DNA of 64,000 bases from Thermoproteota archaeon (GTDB lineage: Archaea > Thermoproteota > Thermoprotei_A > EX4484-217-1): NCBI GenBank assembly GCA_029258915.1, contig JAPDJU010000005.1:265797-329796 (forward strand), given 5' to 3'. The translations under genes and the position numbers were made by a program. Below the pieces are notes generated by a model. It ran no database searches and was not told the origin of the DNA. It saw nothing but the letters and a program-made list of their open reading frames with translations. Of this stretch, positions 50,386 through 59,281 are shown one piece after another (the first letter of the stretch is position 1; each line of letters begins with the position of its first letter).

Positions 50386-51111
50386 ATGGAGAAAAAATAT
50401 GTTCTTGTAAGGGTTAAAAAAGGTCTAGCTCATGGTTTACTAGGAAAATACTATGAAATATCATTGAAGAAGCCTCCGGAAAAACAGTTTTTAAAAAGAA
50501 ATCTCAGAGCAACAAGAATAGATCCCCAAATAAACTTTGTATGGTGGGATAAACCAGCACCGGAAGTCCCAGCAGAATTTTTTGCTGTTGAATGGTCAGG
50601 TTACTTGGTGGTTAAAAAAGCTGGCCTCTACAGATTTTACATTTTAACCGATGATGGAGCGAAATTATGGATAAACGATAAATTAATAATAGACGCATGG
50701 AAGGATCAAGCACCAACAGTGTATCATAGCGATGTATTAGCTTTAAGTGCTGGCTATCATAAAATAGAGCTGAGATTTTATAATAAATTCGTCTTTGGAG
50801 AAATAATGCTTGGATGGATAAGACCAGACGGTATAGCAGAAATAATACCTTCAGAAAACTATGCTATACCATTAGATAATAAAATCGTTATTAAAGGTTT
50901 ACCTGATAACTGTAAAGTTGAATTGTGGAGCGGCGGTAAGCTTTTAGAAGCAATAGTTAAGGGTAAGAAGGCAGAGTTGAATGCCAAAATAATATCTAAG
51001 CCCATAGACGGATACTTTAAGATATATGATAGTTCAGGGGCCTTGCTACTCGAAAGCCCTGTTATAAGAGATATATGGGGAGGAGATGTATTTCAAGTAG
51101 GTGAAGAATAA
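50386..51111 (+). CDS. PA14-domain protein
   Basis: GLLGKYY, RIDPQINF.W, FAVEWSG, TDDGAKLWIND..IID.W, GYHKI. Confidence 0.85.
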   Translation: MEKKYVLVRVKKGLAHGLLGKYYEISLKKPPEKQFLKRNLRATRIDPQINFVWWDKPAPEVPAEFFAVEWSGYLVVKKAGLYRFYILTDDGAKLWINDKLIIDAWKDQAPTVYHSDVLALSAGYHKIELRFYNKFVFGEIMLGWIRPDGIAEIIPSENYAIPLDNKIVIKGLPDNCKVELWSGGKLLEAIVKGKKAELNAKIISKPIDGYFKIYDSSGALLLESPVIRDIWGGDVFQVGEE

Positions 51112-51182
51112 AGGATACGGTTTCACTGCTGTACCGCTTTAACATGTTTTTATAAACAGCATTTAGACAGGGTTTATAGACT

Positions 51183-51476
51183 ATGAAAAGTACGTTAGGC
51201 ATAATAATATCAGACTCTAAGTTAACAATAATAGGTTTCACGATGAGTGAAGCGTTTGAATATGTTGATTCATTATGGAGTTTCCTTAGAAAAAACTTAC
51301 CAAAAACTTCATGGAGTAGTATTGCTATAGAAGTTGCAGGTATAAGCAGTTTAAATAAACTATCATTTAAATGGGCAGTTTCTATAGATATCAATGACGA
51401 TTCTCTTTTTGAAGAAATATTGTTAAGTTTAACTGAAAATAACTTTTTGACAAATAAGAAAATCGAAATTATTTAG
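51183..51476 (+). CDS. Hypothetical protein
   Basis: 97-aa co-oriented ORF. Confidence 0.45.
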   Translation: MKSTLGIIISDSKLTIIGFTMSEAFEYVDSLWSFLRKNLPKTSWSSIAIEVAGISSLNKLSFKWAVSIDINDDSLFEEILLSLTENNFLTNKKIEII

Positions 51477-51541
51477 AAAAACAACTATATATCCGGTGCT
51501 TTGTAAAACTAAGGCAGAAAATATTAGCTCCAGGTTAGCCT

Positions 51542-52084
51542 ATGAAGCTAAAGATACTATTACTCATATCGCTATTAGCTCTAAGTCTAGCGGCGATCTC
51601 GCTTCTTACCTCTAGCTATATTACTCCATCAAATACAACATATACCCAAGAATACTATAAAACGCAAGAAAACATTTTGTCTAAGAATATTACATTTTAC
51701 ATTTACGGCTCCATAGGCTGTCCAGCATGTAAATCTGTAAAAGAACTCTTAGAGGAAAACTTTGACAAAGAAATTGTATTCTATGAACTTAGTGGTAATG
51801 AGGAACATGTTAAAAACTTCCATAGAATATATGAATTATTAGCTCAAGCAAAAGGAACGGGTCAAAACTTATACATTCCTCTCACAGGAGTGTTTATAAA
51901 TGATAGGCTTGCTTTTATCGTAATAGGTTTTCAGCCTCTAGATTTCTGGGAAAAAATACTGTTAAGTTCTCCAAAAGACTATATTGTGGTTTTCCATCCC
52001 GAAGATGGCAACACAGGAACTATTGTAATAGCTGATAGTGAAATAATACATTCATTAGAAAAATTATTTGCTAAAGAAGGGTAA
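51542..52084 (+). CDS. Secreted/anchored thioredoxin-fold protein
   Basis: Signal peptide, GCPAC, IP motif. Confidence 0.8.
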   Translation: MKLKILLLISLLALSLAAISLLTSSYITPSNTTYTQEYYKTQENILSKNITFYIYGSIGCPACKSVKELLEENFDKEIVFYELSGNEEHVKNFHRIYELLAQAKGTGQNLYIPLTGVFINDRLAFIVIGFQPLDFWEKILLSSPKDYIVVFHPEDGNTGTIVIADSEIIHSLEKLFAKEG

Positions 52085-52092
52085 TTTGGCTT

Positions 52093-52737
52093 ATGAACAC
52101 CTATGCAACATTACATGTTTTAACACTGGTACTGTCCATGGCTATATTAGATTCTATAAACCCTTGTACATTCGCTATTTATACTTCTCTACTTATAATG
52201 GCTTCTACAATTCATGGTAAAAATCATAAGCAAGTTAAAATTGTAGGTTTATCATTCATCTTAGGGGTATTTGTAGCATACTATCTCTTAGGTTTAGGTC
52301 TATTAGCAGTTTTAGGTTTCCTTGATTTAATATCTAAGGTAATAGGATTAGCTGCTATGGCACTTGGTTTATACTTATTGCTGACCAATGTAAGCGGTAG
52401 AGGATGTAAGATTAAGGTTAGGCATTTAAAATATGTCCGCAGTGCAGTAAATCCCTATCTAGCATTTATAATAGGTGATTTTTTAGGCCTTACGTTACTC
52501 CCATGCAGTGGCGGTCCATACGTAGTTACACTAACGGTAATGGAGAAATTTAAACTACCATATTACTATGAAATTATTTTATTAACAATATACAACACAG
52601 TCTTCATAATGCCCTTAGTCCTTATTCTTACTGGAATATATCATGTGTGGAAAATAGTTAAAGGTGAGGAGAGAATTATAAAAATTATTGAAGGCTTAAT
52701 ACTAATAGGTCTAGGTACTTACATATTCTTCTTATAG
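52093..52737 (+). CDS. CcdA/DsbD-like transmembrane electron carrier
   Basis: DSINPC and LPCSGGPY Cys pair, 6 TM; follows thioredoxin. Confidence 0.82.
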   Translation: MNTYATLHVLTLVLSMAILDSINPCTFAIYTSLLIMASTIHGKNHKQVKIVGLSFILGVFVAYYLLGLGLLAVLGFLDLISKVIGLAAMALGLYLLLTNVSGRGCKIKVRHLKYVRSAVNPYLAFIIGDFLGLTLLPCSGGPYVVTLTVMEKFKLPYYYEIILLTIYNTVFIMPLVLILTGIYHVWKIVKGEERIIKIIEGLILIGLGTYIFFL

Positions 52738-52811
52738 TTTTAACGCGATTTTGCTCGTAATAGATTTAAGTACAGGAAAAACGCAAGTAGTATTTGCATG
52801 AGGAGTAAAAG

Positions 52812-54284
52812 ATGAGCAAGAAGCCTAGTATAAGCACCTATGGTTTTAGATGGGGTATTATAAGAGACCCTATATACGATTACATACCATTTAATAAGGA
52901 TGTAGAGGGTAAGATTATAGACACACCTTATGTTCAAAGGCTAAGAAGAATTCATCAGCTACAAATAGCTCACTTCATATATCCCGGCGCAGATCATAAA
53001 AGATTCCAACATAGTCTTGGAGTAATGCATCTAACAGGCATGTTTAGTGAACATCTGCTTACAATGTTAACGACAGCTGAAGGCGAGGAATTATTAGAAG
53101 GCTACAGCATATTAGAACTCGTTGAAGCCTCTAGAATAGCAGGATTACTTCACGATATAGGCCATGGACCTTACAGCCACTCCTTTGAAGAATCTATCTT
53201 ATCTAAAAGTAAGAAACTTCGCGAAGAAGGCTTAGGAGATCACGAACTAGTGGGTCTAGCTTTAATAGAATGTACAAGCTTAGGAGACATGATAGATAAA
53301 ATAGGTAAGGAGTTTAAGCTTGAAAACTTAAAAGACCTTGTCTTAAAACTTATTAAACCATATGACCCCGCCGCACCCACAATAATAAGGCTTTTACAGA
53401 AGGTTGTTAAAAACTGGATTTACCCAGCAGATATAATGGATTTTCTAATCAGGGACAGTTACTATGCTGGAACAAAAGAATACGGAACAATAGATTATTA
53501 TAGACTAATATTCTACAGTTATCCTTATAAAGACTTAATAGTTATGGACGAGAAGAACATAAACACTTTAAGAAGTTTTCTGCAAAGCAGGCAATACATG
53601 TTTGACACTGTATATCTGCATCCAATATGTAGATCGTTTGAACATACAATACAATTAATGCTGAAGAATGTTAAAGAAGAACTGGAACTTGAAAATAGAG
53701 TGCTTGAAATTAAGGAGGGTAAGCCTAAAAGATATTTAGAATTAGACGACTACTCTATTCTTTACATGGTAACTAATTTAAGTGAAAACAAAGAAAATGT
53801 AAAGTTAGCAAAAGAGTATACGAAAGATCTTCTTTACAGAAGGAAACGTTGGAAACCCGTTGGAAAGCCGTATGATATTTCCTTGCCAACGCATGAAGCT
53901 CCATTTTTCTATAGATTCGGAGATCCAGCATCAGCTTCAAAAGAAATATTTGAAGTTCTCTCTGAAAAATTAGAAGATGCAGGGTTTAAAGAATACGTAA
54001 ACCTGTTCTGGGTTGATCATAGTATGAGAAGAAGTCTTCCCGCATTACCGTATCCATTACATACTGTACATTTAGCTAGAAGAGTTAAAGATAAAATAGA
54101 AATTGTAGATGGTGTTCCTATATCTAAAATCCTTGAAGAAGCAGGCTTAAAACCAAAAATAACATTCACAATATACGGTCCAACAGTTCTCCTAGAAGAT
54201 TATAGTGTTAGAAAGAAACTTGAAACAATAGCTTCTGAAGTTTTTAAGGAGGTTTTTGGAACAACACCGGGAGTGACCATGTAA
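52812..54284 (+). CDS. HD-domain phosphohydrolase (COG1078, SAMHD1/dNTPase-like)
   Basis: IRDPIY, QRLRRIHQL, HKRFQHSLG, LLHDIGHGPYSH, DIMDFLIRDS, VYLH. Confidence 0.88.
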   Translation: MSKKPSISTYGFRWGIIRDPIYDYIPFNKDVEGKIIDTPYVQRLRRIHQLQIAHFIYPGADHKRFQHSLGVMHLTGMFSEHLLTMLTTAEGEELLEGYSILELVEASRIAGLLHDIGHGPYSHSFEESILSKSKKLREEGLGDHELVGLALIECTSLGDMIDKIGKEFKLENLKDLVLKLIKPYDPAAPTIIRLLQKVVKNWIYPADIMDFLIRDSYYAGTKEYGTIDYYRLIFYSYPYKDLIVMDEKNINTLRSFLQSRQYMFDTVYLHPICRSFEHTIQLMLKNVKEELELENRVLEIKEGKPKRYLELDDYSILYMVTNLSENKENVKLAKEYTKDLLYRRKRWKPVGKPYDISLPTHEAPFFYRFGDPASASKEIFEVLSEKLEDAGFKEYVNLFWVDHSMRRSLPALPYPLHTVHLARRVKDKIEIVDGVPISKILEEAGLKPKITFTIYGPTVLLEDYSVRKKLETIASEVFKEVFGTTPGVTM

Positions 54285-54359
54285 TAGGAGAGTAATTATT
54301 CTAATACCTAACTCTTAAATACCCTTTACTCCCTCTATACTAAGGGTGTTTAGCAAAAA

Positions 54360-55010
54360 ATGACAACAATTAAATGGCATGGTCATGCATGTTTTGAAAT
54401 AGTCTCCGATAAAGGGGTAATCATAGGTATAGACCCTCATGATGGTGTAAGTTTAGGCATAAAGCCGCCAATGTTTAAGGCTGACATAATCTTAGTAACT
54501 CACAACCACTTTGACCATAACGCAATACAGGTTATTTCTAAACCTAACTCCAGAGTATTAGACATGTTTGAGGGGGAAACAACAGTAGGTGGCATTAAAA
54601 TAAAAGGTGTTAAAAGTTTTCATGATCCATACCGTGGGTCTTTGAGAGGAGAGGTTATACTGTACAAGGTTAAAGTAGATGATCTAGATATAGTGCACCT
54701 AGGAGATTTAGGCACATTACCTGAAAATGAATTATTAAAAGAGATTATGCCAGCAGACATCCTAATGATACCGGTAGGTGGGGTATATACCATAAGTCCT
54801 TCCGAAGCCGCTGAGGTTGTTGATAAGATTAAACCCAAAATTGCAATACCGATGCACTATAAGATACCTGGTCTAAGGTTAGGATTAAGAAAAATAGATG
54901 AATTTCTAGGAAAGATAAAATATGATGTTAAAAGAATTAGTAGAGAATTTACAATATCGAAACCTAGTTTACCTTCAGCAACTGAAGTATGGGTCTTAAC
55001 GTATCAGTAG
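54360..55010 (+). CDS. MBL-fold metallo-hydrolase
   Basis: WHGHACF, THNHFDH, HLGDLG, IPVGG, IPMHY. Confidence 0.9.
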   Translation: MTTIKWHGHACFEIVSDKGVIIGIDPHDGVSLGIKPPMFKADIILVTHNHFDHNAIQVISKPNSRVLDMFEGETTVGGIKIKGVKSFHDPYRGSLRGEVILYKVKVDDLDIVHLGDLGTLPENELLKEIMPADILMIPVGGVYTISPSEAAEVVDKIKPKIAIPMHYKIPGLRLGLRKIDEFLGKIKYDVKRISREFTISKPSLPSATEVWVLTYQ

Positions 55011-55017
55011 GTTTAAA

Positions 55018-55194
55018 CTAAATAATAACTCTAATCTTTTTCGCTTTAGCTCTTCTAATTTTTTCTCTCTCGCCACGAATAAGCTCCATTAGAGCTTTCC
55101 TTATAACCTCACTTCTAGTTTCTCCTCTAAGTTCAGCATATTCATCTATAAGCTCTAGTAACTCCTCTTCAATTTTAAAGGTAACTACTCTCAT
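55018..55194 (-). CDS. Ribbon-helix-helix regulator, aCcr1-like
   Basis: 58-aa MRVVTFKIEEELLELIDEYAELRGETRSEVIRKAL...; GGAGG upstream of ATG at 55194; the longer ORF-track extension is unlikely. Confidence 0.85.
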   Translation of the reverse strand: MRVVTFKIEEELLELIDEYAELRGETRSEVIRKALMELIRGEREKIRRAKAKKIRVII

Positions 55195-55333
55195 CGAACC
55201 CCGCCTCCGTATTACTGATAGTGCTGAGGAAAATAAAATACTTTTCTTTAAAGAGTTTTCTCTCATCAGCAGTACTAAGAGAGCGAATAGTTTATATTTC
55301 TCTCTCGAGAGTTTTCTTTTAGGGAGTATACAT

Positions 55334-55639
55334 ATGCCAACCATACACCTCTCAGTTCCAGAAGCTATATACCGGGACCTTAGAGAAGTAGCTGGCGAAT
55401 ATGGTGTACAAATAACAGACCTTGTTAAAATATTCATAAAAGAAGGATTAGAACGTAGATTTGAAGGTAAAAGAAGAGCTTCAGGGCAAGAAGAAAGAGT
55501 AGAAATCTTAGAAGGAGAAATTTATAGATTAAAAGGAGCAATAGAAGAGCTATTTAGGAAAATTGAAGAACTAACTGACAGAGTTGAAGAGTTAAAAACC
55601 CCAAGCATAGAACCAGAGATTATTGAAGAAGCACATTAA
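55334..55639 (+). CDS. RHH protein with C-terminal coiled coil
   Basis: MPTIHLSVPEAIYRDL...YGVQITDLVKIFI followed by heptad repeats. Confidence 0.8.
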   Translation: MPTIHLSVPEAIYRDLREVAGEYGVQITDLVKIFIKEGLERRFEGKRRASGQEERVEILEGEIYRLKGAIEELFRKIEELTDRVEELKTPSIEPEIIEEAH

Positions 55640-55831
55640 ATTTCCGCTTTAGCCCTTCAATAACTTAAAACAGTTCAAACCCTACCTGCGCCCACCTACA
55701 CTATACCATATAGCTCTGTAAAAATCAGAGTGCTTTTCAAATATTTTCAAGATCTTCTTTAAGAACCAATTATCAGATAAGCTTAACTTAAATATTATAT
55801 GGTCTAAATACTACAAGGTAGATGCCGGGCT

Positions 55832-56350
55832 ATGAACGAAGTTGCTTATAGAGGTAAAAAATTTAATGTGCTCAAATTTCTAACTACCCTACCCAATGGT
55901 AGAAAGGCTATTGGAGAGGTGGTAGATTATCCTGGAGCTGCTGCAATATTGCCTTTGCTACCTAATAGCACGATTTTACTTTTAAAACAATATAGAGTAC
56001 CAATAGGTAAATGGATAATAGAAATACCTGCTGGGACACTAAAACCTGGAGAAAACCCCTTAGAATGCGCTCAGAGAGAACTAGAAGAAGAAACAGGTTT
56101 TAAAGCTAAAAACTGGGTTAAAATGCTGGAAATATATACATCACCAGGCTACAGCAATGAGGTTCTCCACATATTTCTAGCTAAAAACTTAGAAAAGGGT
56201 GTTAAGAAAACCGAGATCACGGAAGTTCTTGAAAACACATATCTTACATTAGATGAAGCCATAGCGTTAATAAAAAGAGGAGTTATAAAAGATGCTAAAA
56301 CAATAATTGCTATACTTTACTATGCTTATTGCTTTAAACATAAGACATGA
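55832..56350 (+). CDS. NUDIX hydrolase (ADP-ribose pyrophosphatase-like)
   Basis: QYRVP, EIPAG, Nudix box GENPLECAQRELEEETG, SPG, DAKT. Confidence 0.92.
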   Translation: MNEVAYRGKKFNVLKFLTTLPNGRKAIGEVVDYPGAAAILPLLPNSTILLLKQYRVPIGKWIIEIPAGTLKPGENPLECAQRELEEETGFKAKNWVKMLEIYTSPGYSNEVLHIFLAKNLEKGVKKTEITEVLENTYLTLDEAIALIKRGVIKDAKTIIAILYYAYCFKHKT

Positions 56351-56388
56351 TATTATCTTACTTTAAAACTTGTAGAAAGTTGAAGAAA

Positions 56389-56478
56389 TGTGTTGAGGCC
56401 GGGAGCGACCCGTCCCAGCGCTCATTACCCCCCGGGACTCGGGGGTGCCTTCCGGCTCGCGTGGGAACCGGGGCTCGT
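56389..56478 (-). ncRNA. GC-rich structured RNA, H/ACA-like guide candidate
   Basis: GC island in AT-rich intergenic DNA; stems CCCG/CGGG, UCCCA/UGGGA, GCC-GGAA-GGC, ACCCCC/GGGGGU; GCGA/AUGAGC K-turn-like motif; 3' ACA; TATA ~25 nt upstream on minus strand. Confidence 0.7.
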
Positions 56479-56511
56479 ATTTACACTTTATTCTCTGAAA
56501 TATTTTAAAGT

Positions 56512-56736
56512 TTGCTGCATCCCTTAATGTTAACAGAAGCACTTAGTGAAATATTTAAAGCGGTCTATAGGAGAAAGTGGTTTTTACATAGCAAATCTCT
56601 TCTCTTAGGAACATATGATGAAGTATCCGAACAGATGGAATTTCTTAAAGATAAAGGTGTTTACGAAGTAGTGCTCTATATTCCCTTACTTTACGGGGAA
56701 CATAGGTTCTTGAAGAATATGTTGAAAAAATTTTGA
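56512..56736 (+). pseudogene. Remnant resembling C-terminus of an LLM-class (luciferase-like) oxidoreductase
   Basis: LLLGTYDEVSEQMEFLKDKGVYEVVLY matches the typical LLM C-terminal GTPEEV...GV pattern; rest of barrel absent. Confidence 0.45.
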
Positions 56737-56748
56737 GATAAACAATGC

Positions 56749-57075
56749 TTATTCCGTTGGTTCTAATTTAACAGCTGTGCCATATGCTAGTATTTCTGCA
56801 GCTCCCGAAGCTATAGCTGATGTCATAAATCTTACATTTACAACAGCATCAGCTCCCAGTTTCTTTGCCTCTTCAATCATTCTTCGCAATGCCTGCTCTC
56901 TAGCTTCTCTAAGCATTTCAGTGTATTCTTTAAGCTCTCCTCCAACAATATGTCTGAGAGCAGCAACTATGTCTCTACCTATATGCTTAGCTCTAACAGT
57001 GCTTCCTGATACCACTCCTAGAACTTTAACTACTCTATACCCTGGAATTTCACTTGTAGTAGTTACTATAACCAT
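56749..57075 (-). CDS. YbjQ/UPF0145 family protein
   Basis: IVTTT..IPGY, GRDI.A.LR.IVGGE, AREQA..RM, GADAVVNVRF, YGTAV. Confidence 0.93.
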   Translation of the reverse strand: MVIVTTTSEIPGYRVVKVLGVVSGSTVRAKHIGRDIVAALRHIVGGELKEYTEMLREAREQALRRMIEEAKKLGADAVVNVRFMTSAIASGAAEILAYGTAVKLEPTE

Positions 57076-57196
57076 AGATTTTCCCTCAATGTAGATTTCT
57101 CACTCTGAACACTTATTGCTATCTACTTTATGATTTTATTTACTAATAATTTTATATAGTTGTTTTCTGCAAATTCCTCATGAAAGGCGATAATTC

Positions 57197-59215
57197 ATGA
57201 CATCCGTAACCATTCTTGAGGAGTTTTCCCGTGACCAACTTCTTGATTTTTATAAGGATATGCTAAGAATAAGAGCTTTTGAAGATGAGACGTTAAAATA
57301 TTATGAGGTTGCTAAAGTCTATGGTATGCTTCATGTAGCCCATGGAAAAGAAGCTTTAGCTGTTGGATTTGCTAAAAACATCAAACCAAACGATTTCGTC
57401 TTAGCAAGCTACAGAGCACACGATCATGCATTAATGAAAGGCATTGTCATGTACCGTTTAGCAGCCGAACTTATGGGTAGAGCTACGGGAATAAATAAGG
57501 GCAAAGCGGGTTCAATGCACATAATGGATGATAAAACAAGGTTTCTCGAAGACTCCGTTGTAGGAGGCCAAATACCTATTGCTAATGGAATAGCATTTGC
57601 TTTCAAATATTTAGGAGAAAGCTCTATTGTCGTGTGTTTCTTCGGAGATGGAGCCTGCAATATAGGCGCTTTCCATGAAACATTAAACATGGCTTCCCTA
57701 TTGAAACTCCCCATAGTTTTCGTTGTAGAGAATAATAAATGGGCAATTACAACCCACGTTTCAATATCGACTTCAGTAGATAAAATAGTGAAAAGAGCAG
57801 TAGCATACAACATGATCGGAATGGAGGTTGACGGTACAGATGTTCTAGCAGTGTACAGAGTTGCAAAGAAGGCGATAAGCATAGCACGTAACGAGAAAAA
57901 GCCTGTCCTCGTGGAAGCACACACGGTTAGAATTAGAGGACATTACGACGGGGATATTCTTCAACCTTACAGGCCTAAAGAAGATATTGAACAACATCGT
58001 AAAAACGACCCTATACCTAAGTTCAGAGCTAAACTATATGAGCTTGGAGTACTAAATGAAAAGCTAGATAAAAAACTATGGAGAGAAGCTAAACTAGAAG
58101 CTGAAGAAGCATATAAAAAAGCCGAGAAAGACCCGTTCCCGCCACCCGAAGAGGCCTTAACAGATGTGTTCCCAGGAGAAGAGGCAAAGATACCTCCTGA
58201 ACTCACATTACTAAGTGTTAAAGATGTTGAGAAAGCAGAAAATATGAGGATGATAACCTACGCTAAGGCAATAAATGAAGCGCTGCATGAGGAAATGGAG
58301 AAAGACGATAAAATATTTATTCTAGGCGAAGATATTCGATGGGGAGGGGTCTATAGGGTCACTGAGGGTCTTCTTGAAAGATTTGGTCCTGAAAGGGTAA
58401 TAAACACCCCAATAGCTGAGGAAGCAATAACAGGCTTAGCCCTAGGAGCAGCAATGATGGGGTTAAGGCCTATAGTTGAACTAATGTACACCTTTACGTA
58501 CAATATAGCCATGGACCAAGTAACGAACCATATTGCAAGAATACCTTACATGTCAGGAGGCAAGTTTAAAGTACCATTAGTGATCAGATCGCCTAACTAT
58601 ACTTTAGCTTCAGTAGGTGCACAACATAGTTTCAGAAATGAAGCATGGTTTATGCACACACCAGGACTTAAAGTTGTTATAACTGCAACACCATTTGATG
58701 CTAAAGGCTTAATGAAAACAGCTATTAGAGAAAATAACCCAGTTCTATTCTTTGAACATGCAAGACTATACCATGTTAGAGGGCCTGTACCGGATAAAGA
58801 ATATTACATACCTTTAGGCAAAGCTGATGTTAAAAGAAAAGGCTCCGATGTAACAATAGTAACGTATTCCAGACCGCTATATGATGTTTTAAAGGCTGCG
58901 GAAGAGCTTTCAAAAGAGGGTATAGAGGCTGAAGTTATAGATTTAAGGTCGCTAGCACCATTAGATGAAGAAACCATAATATCCTCAGTTAAGAAGACCG
59001 GTAAAGTAGTTATTGTTGAAGAAGATGAAATAACATGCGGTGTTGGAGCAGAAATATCAGCATTGATAATGGAGAAAGCCTTTGATTACTTAGATGCTCC
59101 AGTAAAAAGAGTTGCTGCTCCAATGGTACCTATACCGTTCTCCAAACCATTAGAAGAATACGTAGTGCCTAACGCCAAGGACGTCATTAAAGCTGTTAAA
59201 GAATTGCTAGGCTAA
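57197..59215 (+). CDS. 2-oxoacid/acetoin dehydrogenase E1, fused alpha+beta
   Basis: GKAGSMH, TPP motif GDGACN...NN, RIRGHYDGD; beta half GEDI, TPIAE, GAQHS, DLRSL.PLD. Confidence 0.92.
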   Translation: MTSVTILEEFSRDQLLDFYKDMLRIRAFEDETLKYYEVAKVYGMLHVAHGKEALAVGFAKNIKPNDFVLASYRAHDHALMKGIVMYRLAAELMGRATGINKGKAGSMHIMDDKTRFLEDSVVGGQIPIANGIAFAFKYLGESSIVVCFFGDGACNIGAFHETLNMASLLKLPIVFVVENNKWAITTHVSISTSVDKIVKRAVAYNMIGMEVDGTDVLAVYRVAKKAISIARNEKKPVLVEAHTVRIRGHYDGDILQPYRPKEDIEQHRKNDPIPKFRAKLYELGVLNEKLDKKLWREAKLEAEEAYKKAEKDPFPPPEEALTDVFPGEEAKIPPELTLLSVKDVEKAENMRMITYAKAINEALHEEMEKDDKIFILGEDIRWGGVYRVTEGLLERFGPERVINTPIAEEAITGLALGAAMMGLRPIVELMYTFTYNIAMDQVTNHIARIPYMSGGKFKVPLVIRSPNYTLASVGAQHSFRNEAWFMHTPGLKVVITATPFDAKGLMKTAIRENNPVLFFEHARLYHVRGPVPDKEYYIPLGKADVKRKGSDVTIVTYSRPLYDVLKAAEELSKEGIEAEVIDLRSLAPLDEETIISSVKKTGKVVIVEEDEITCGVGAEISALIMEKAFDYLDAPVKRVAAPMVPIPFSKPLEEYVVPNAKDVIKAVKELLG

Positions 59216-59281
59216 TATTATAAATAAACCAACTCTCTATATTTAACTCTGCTTCGTTAGTTTAAACTCGGAGGGAAAAGT

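Noticed and set aside
55195-55437. N-terminal extension of the minus-strand 139-aa ORF
   Set aside because: Overlaps the divergent gene and promoter; a good Shine-Dalgarno supports ATG at 55194
56435-56468. Plus-strand resemblance to TPP riboswitch ends (GACTCGGGGGTGCC...GCGTGGGAA)
   Set aside because: Lacks the UGAGA and CUGAU core, and no thiamine gene follows; promoter and ACA point to the minus strand
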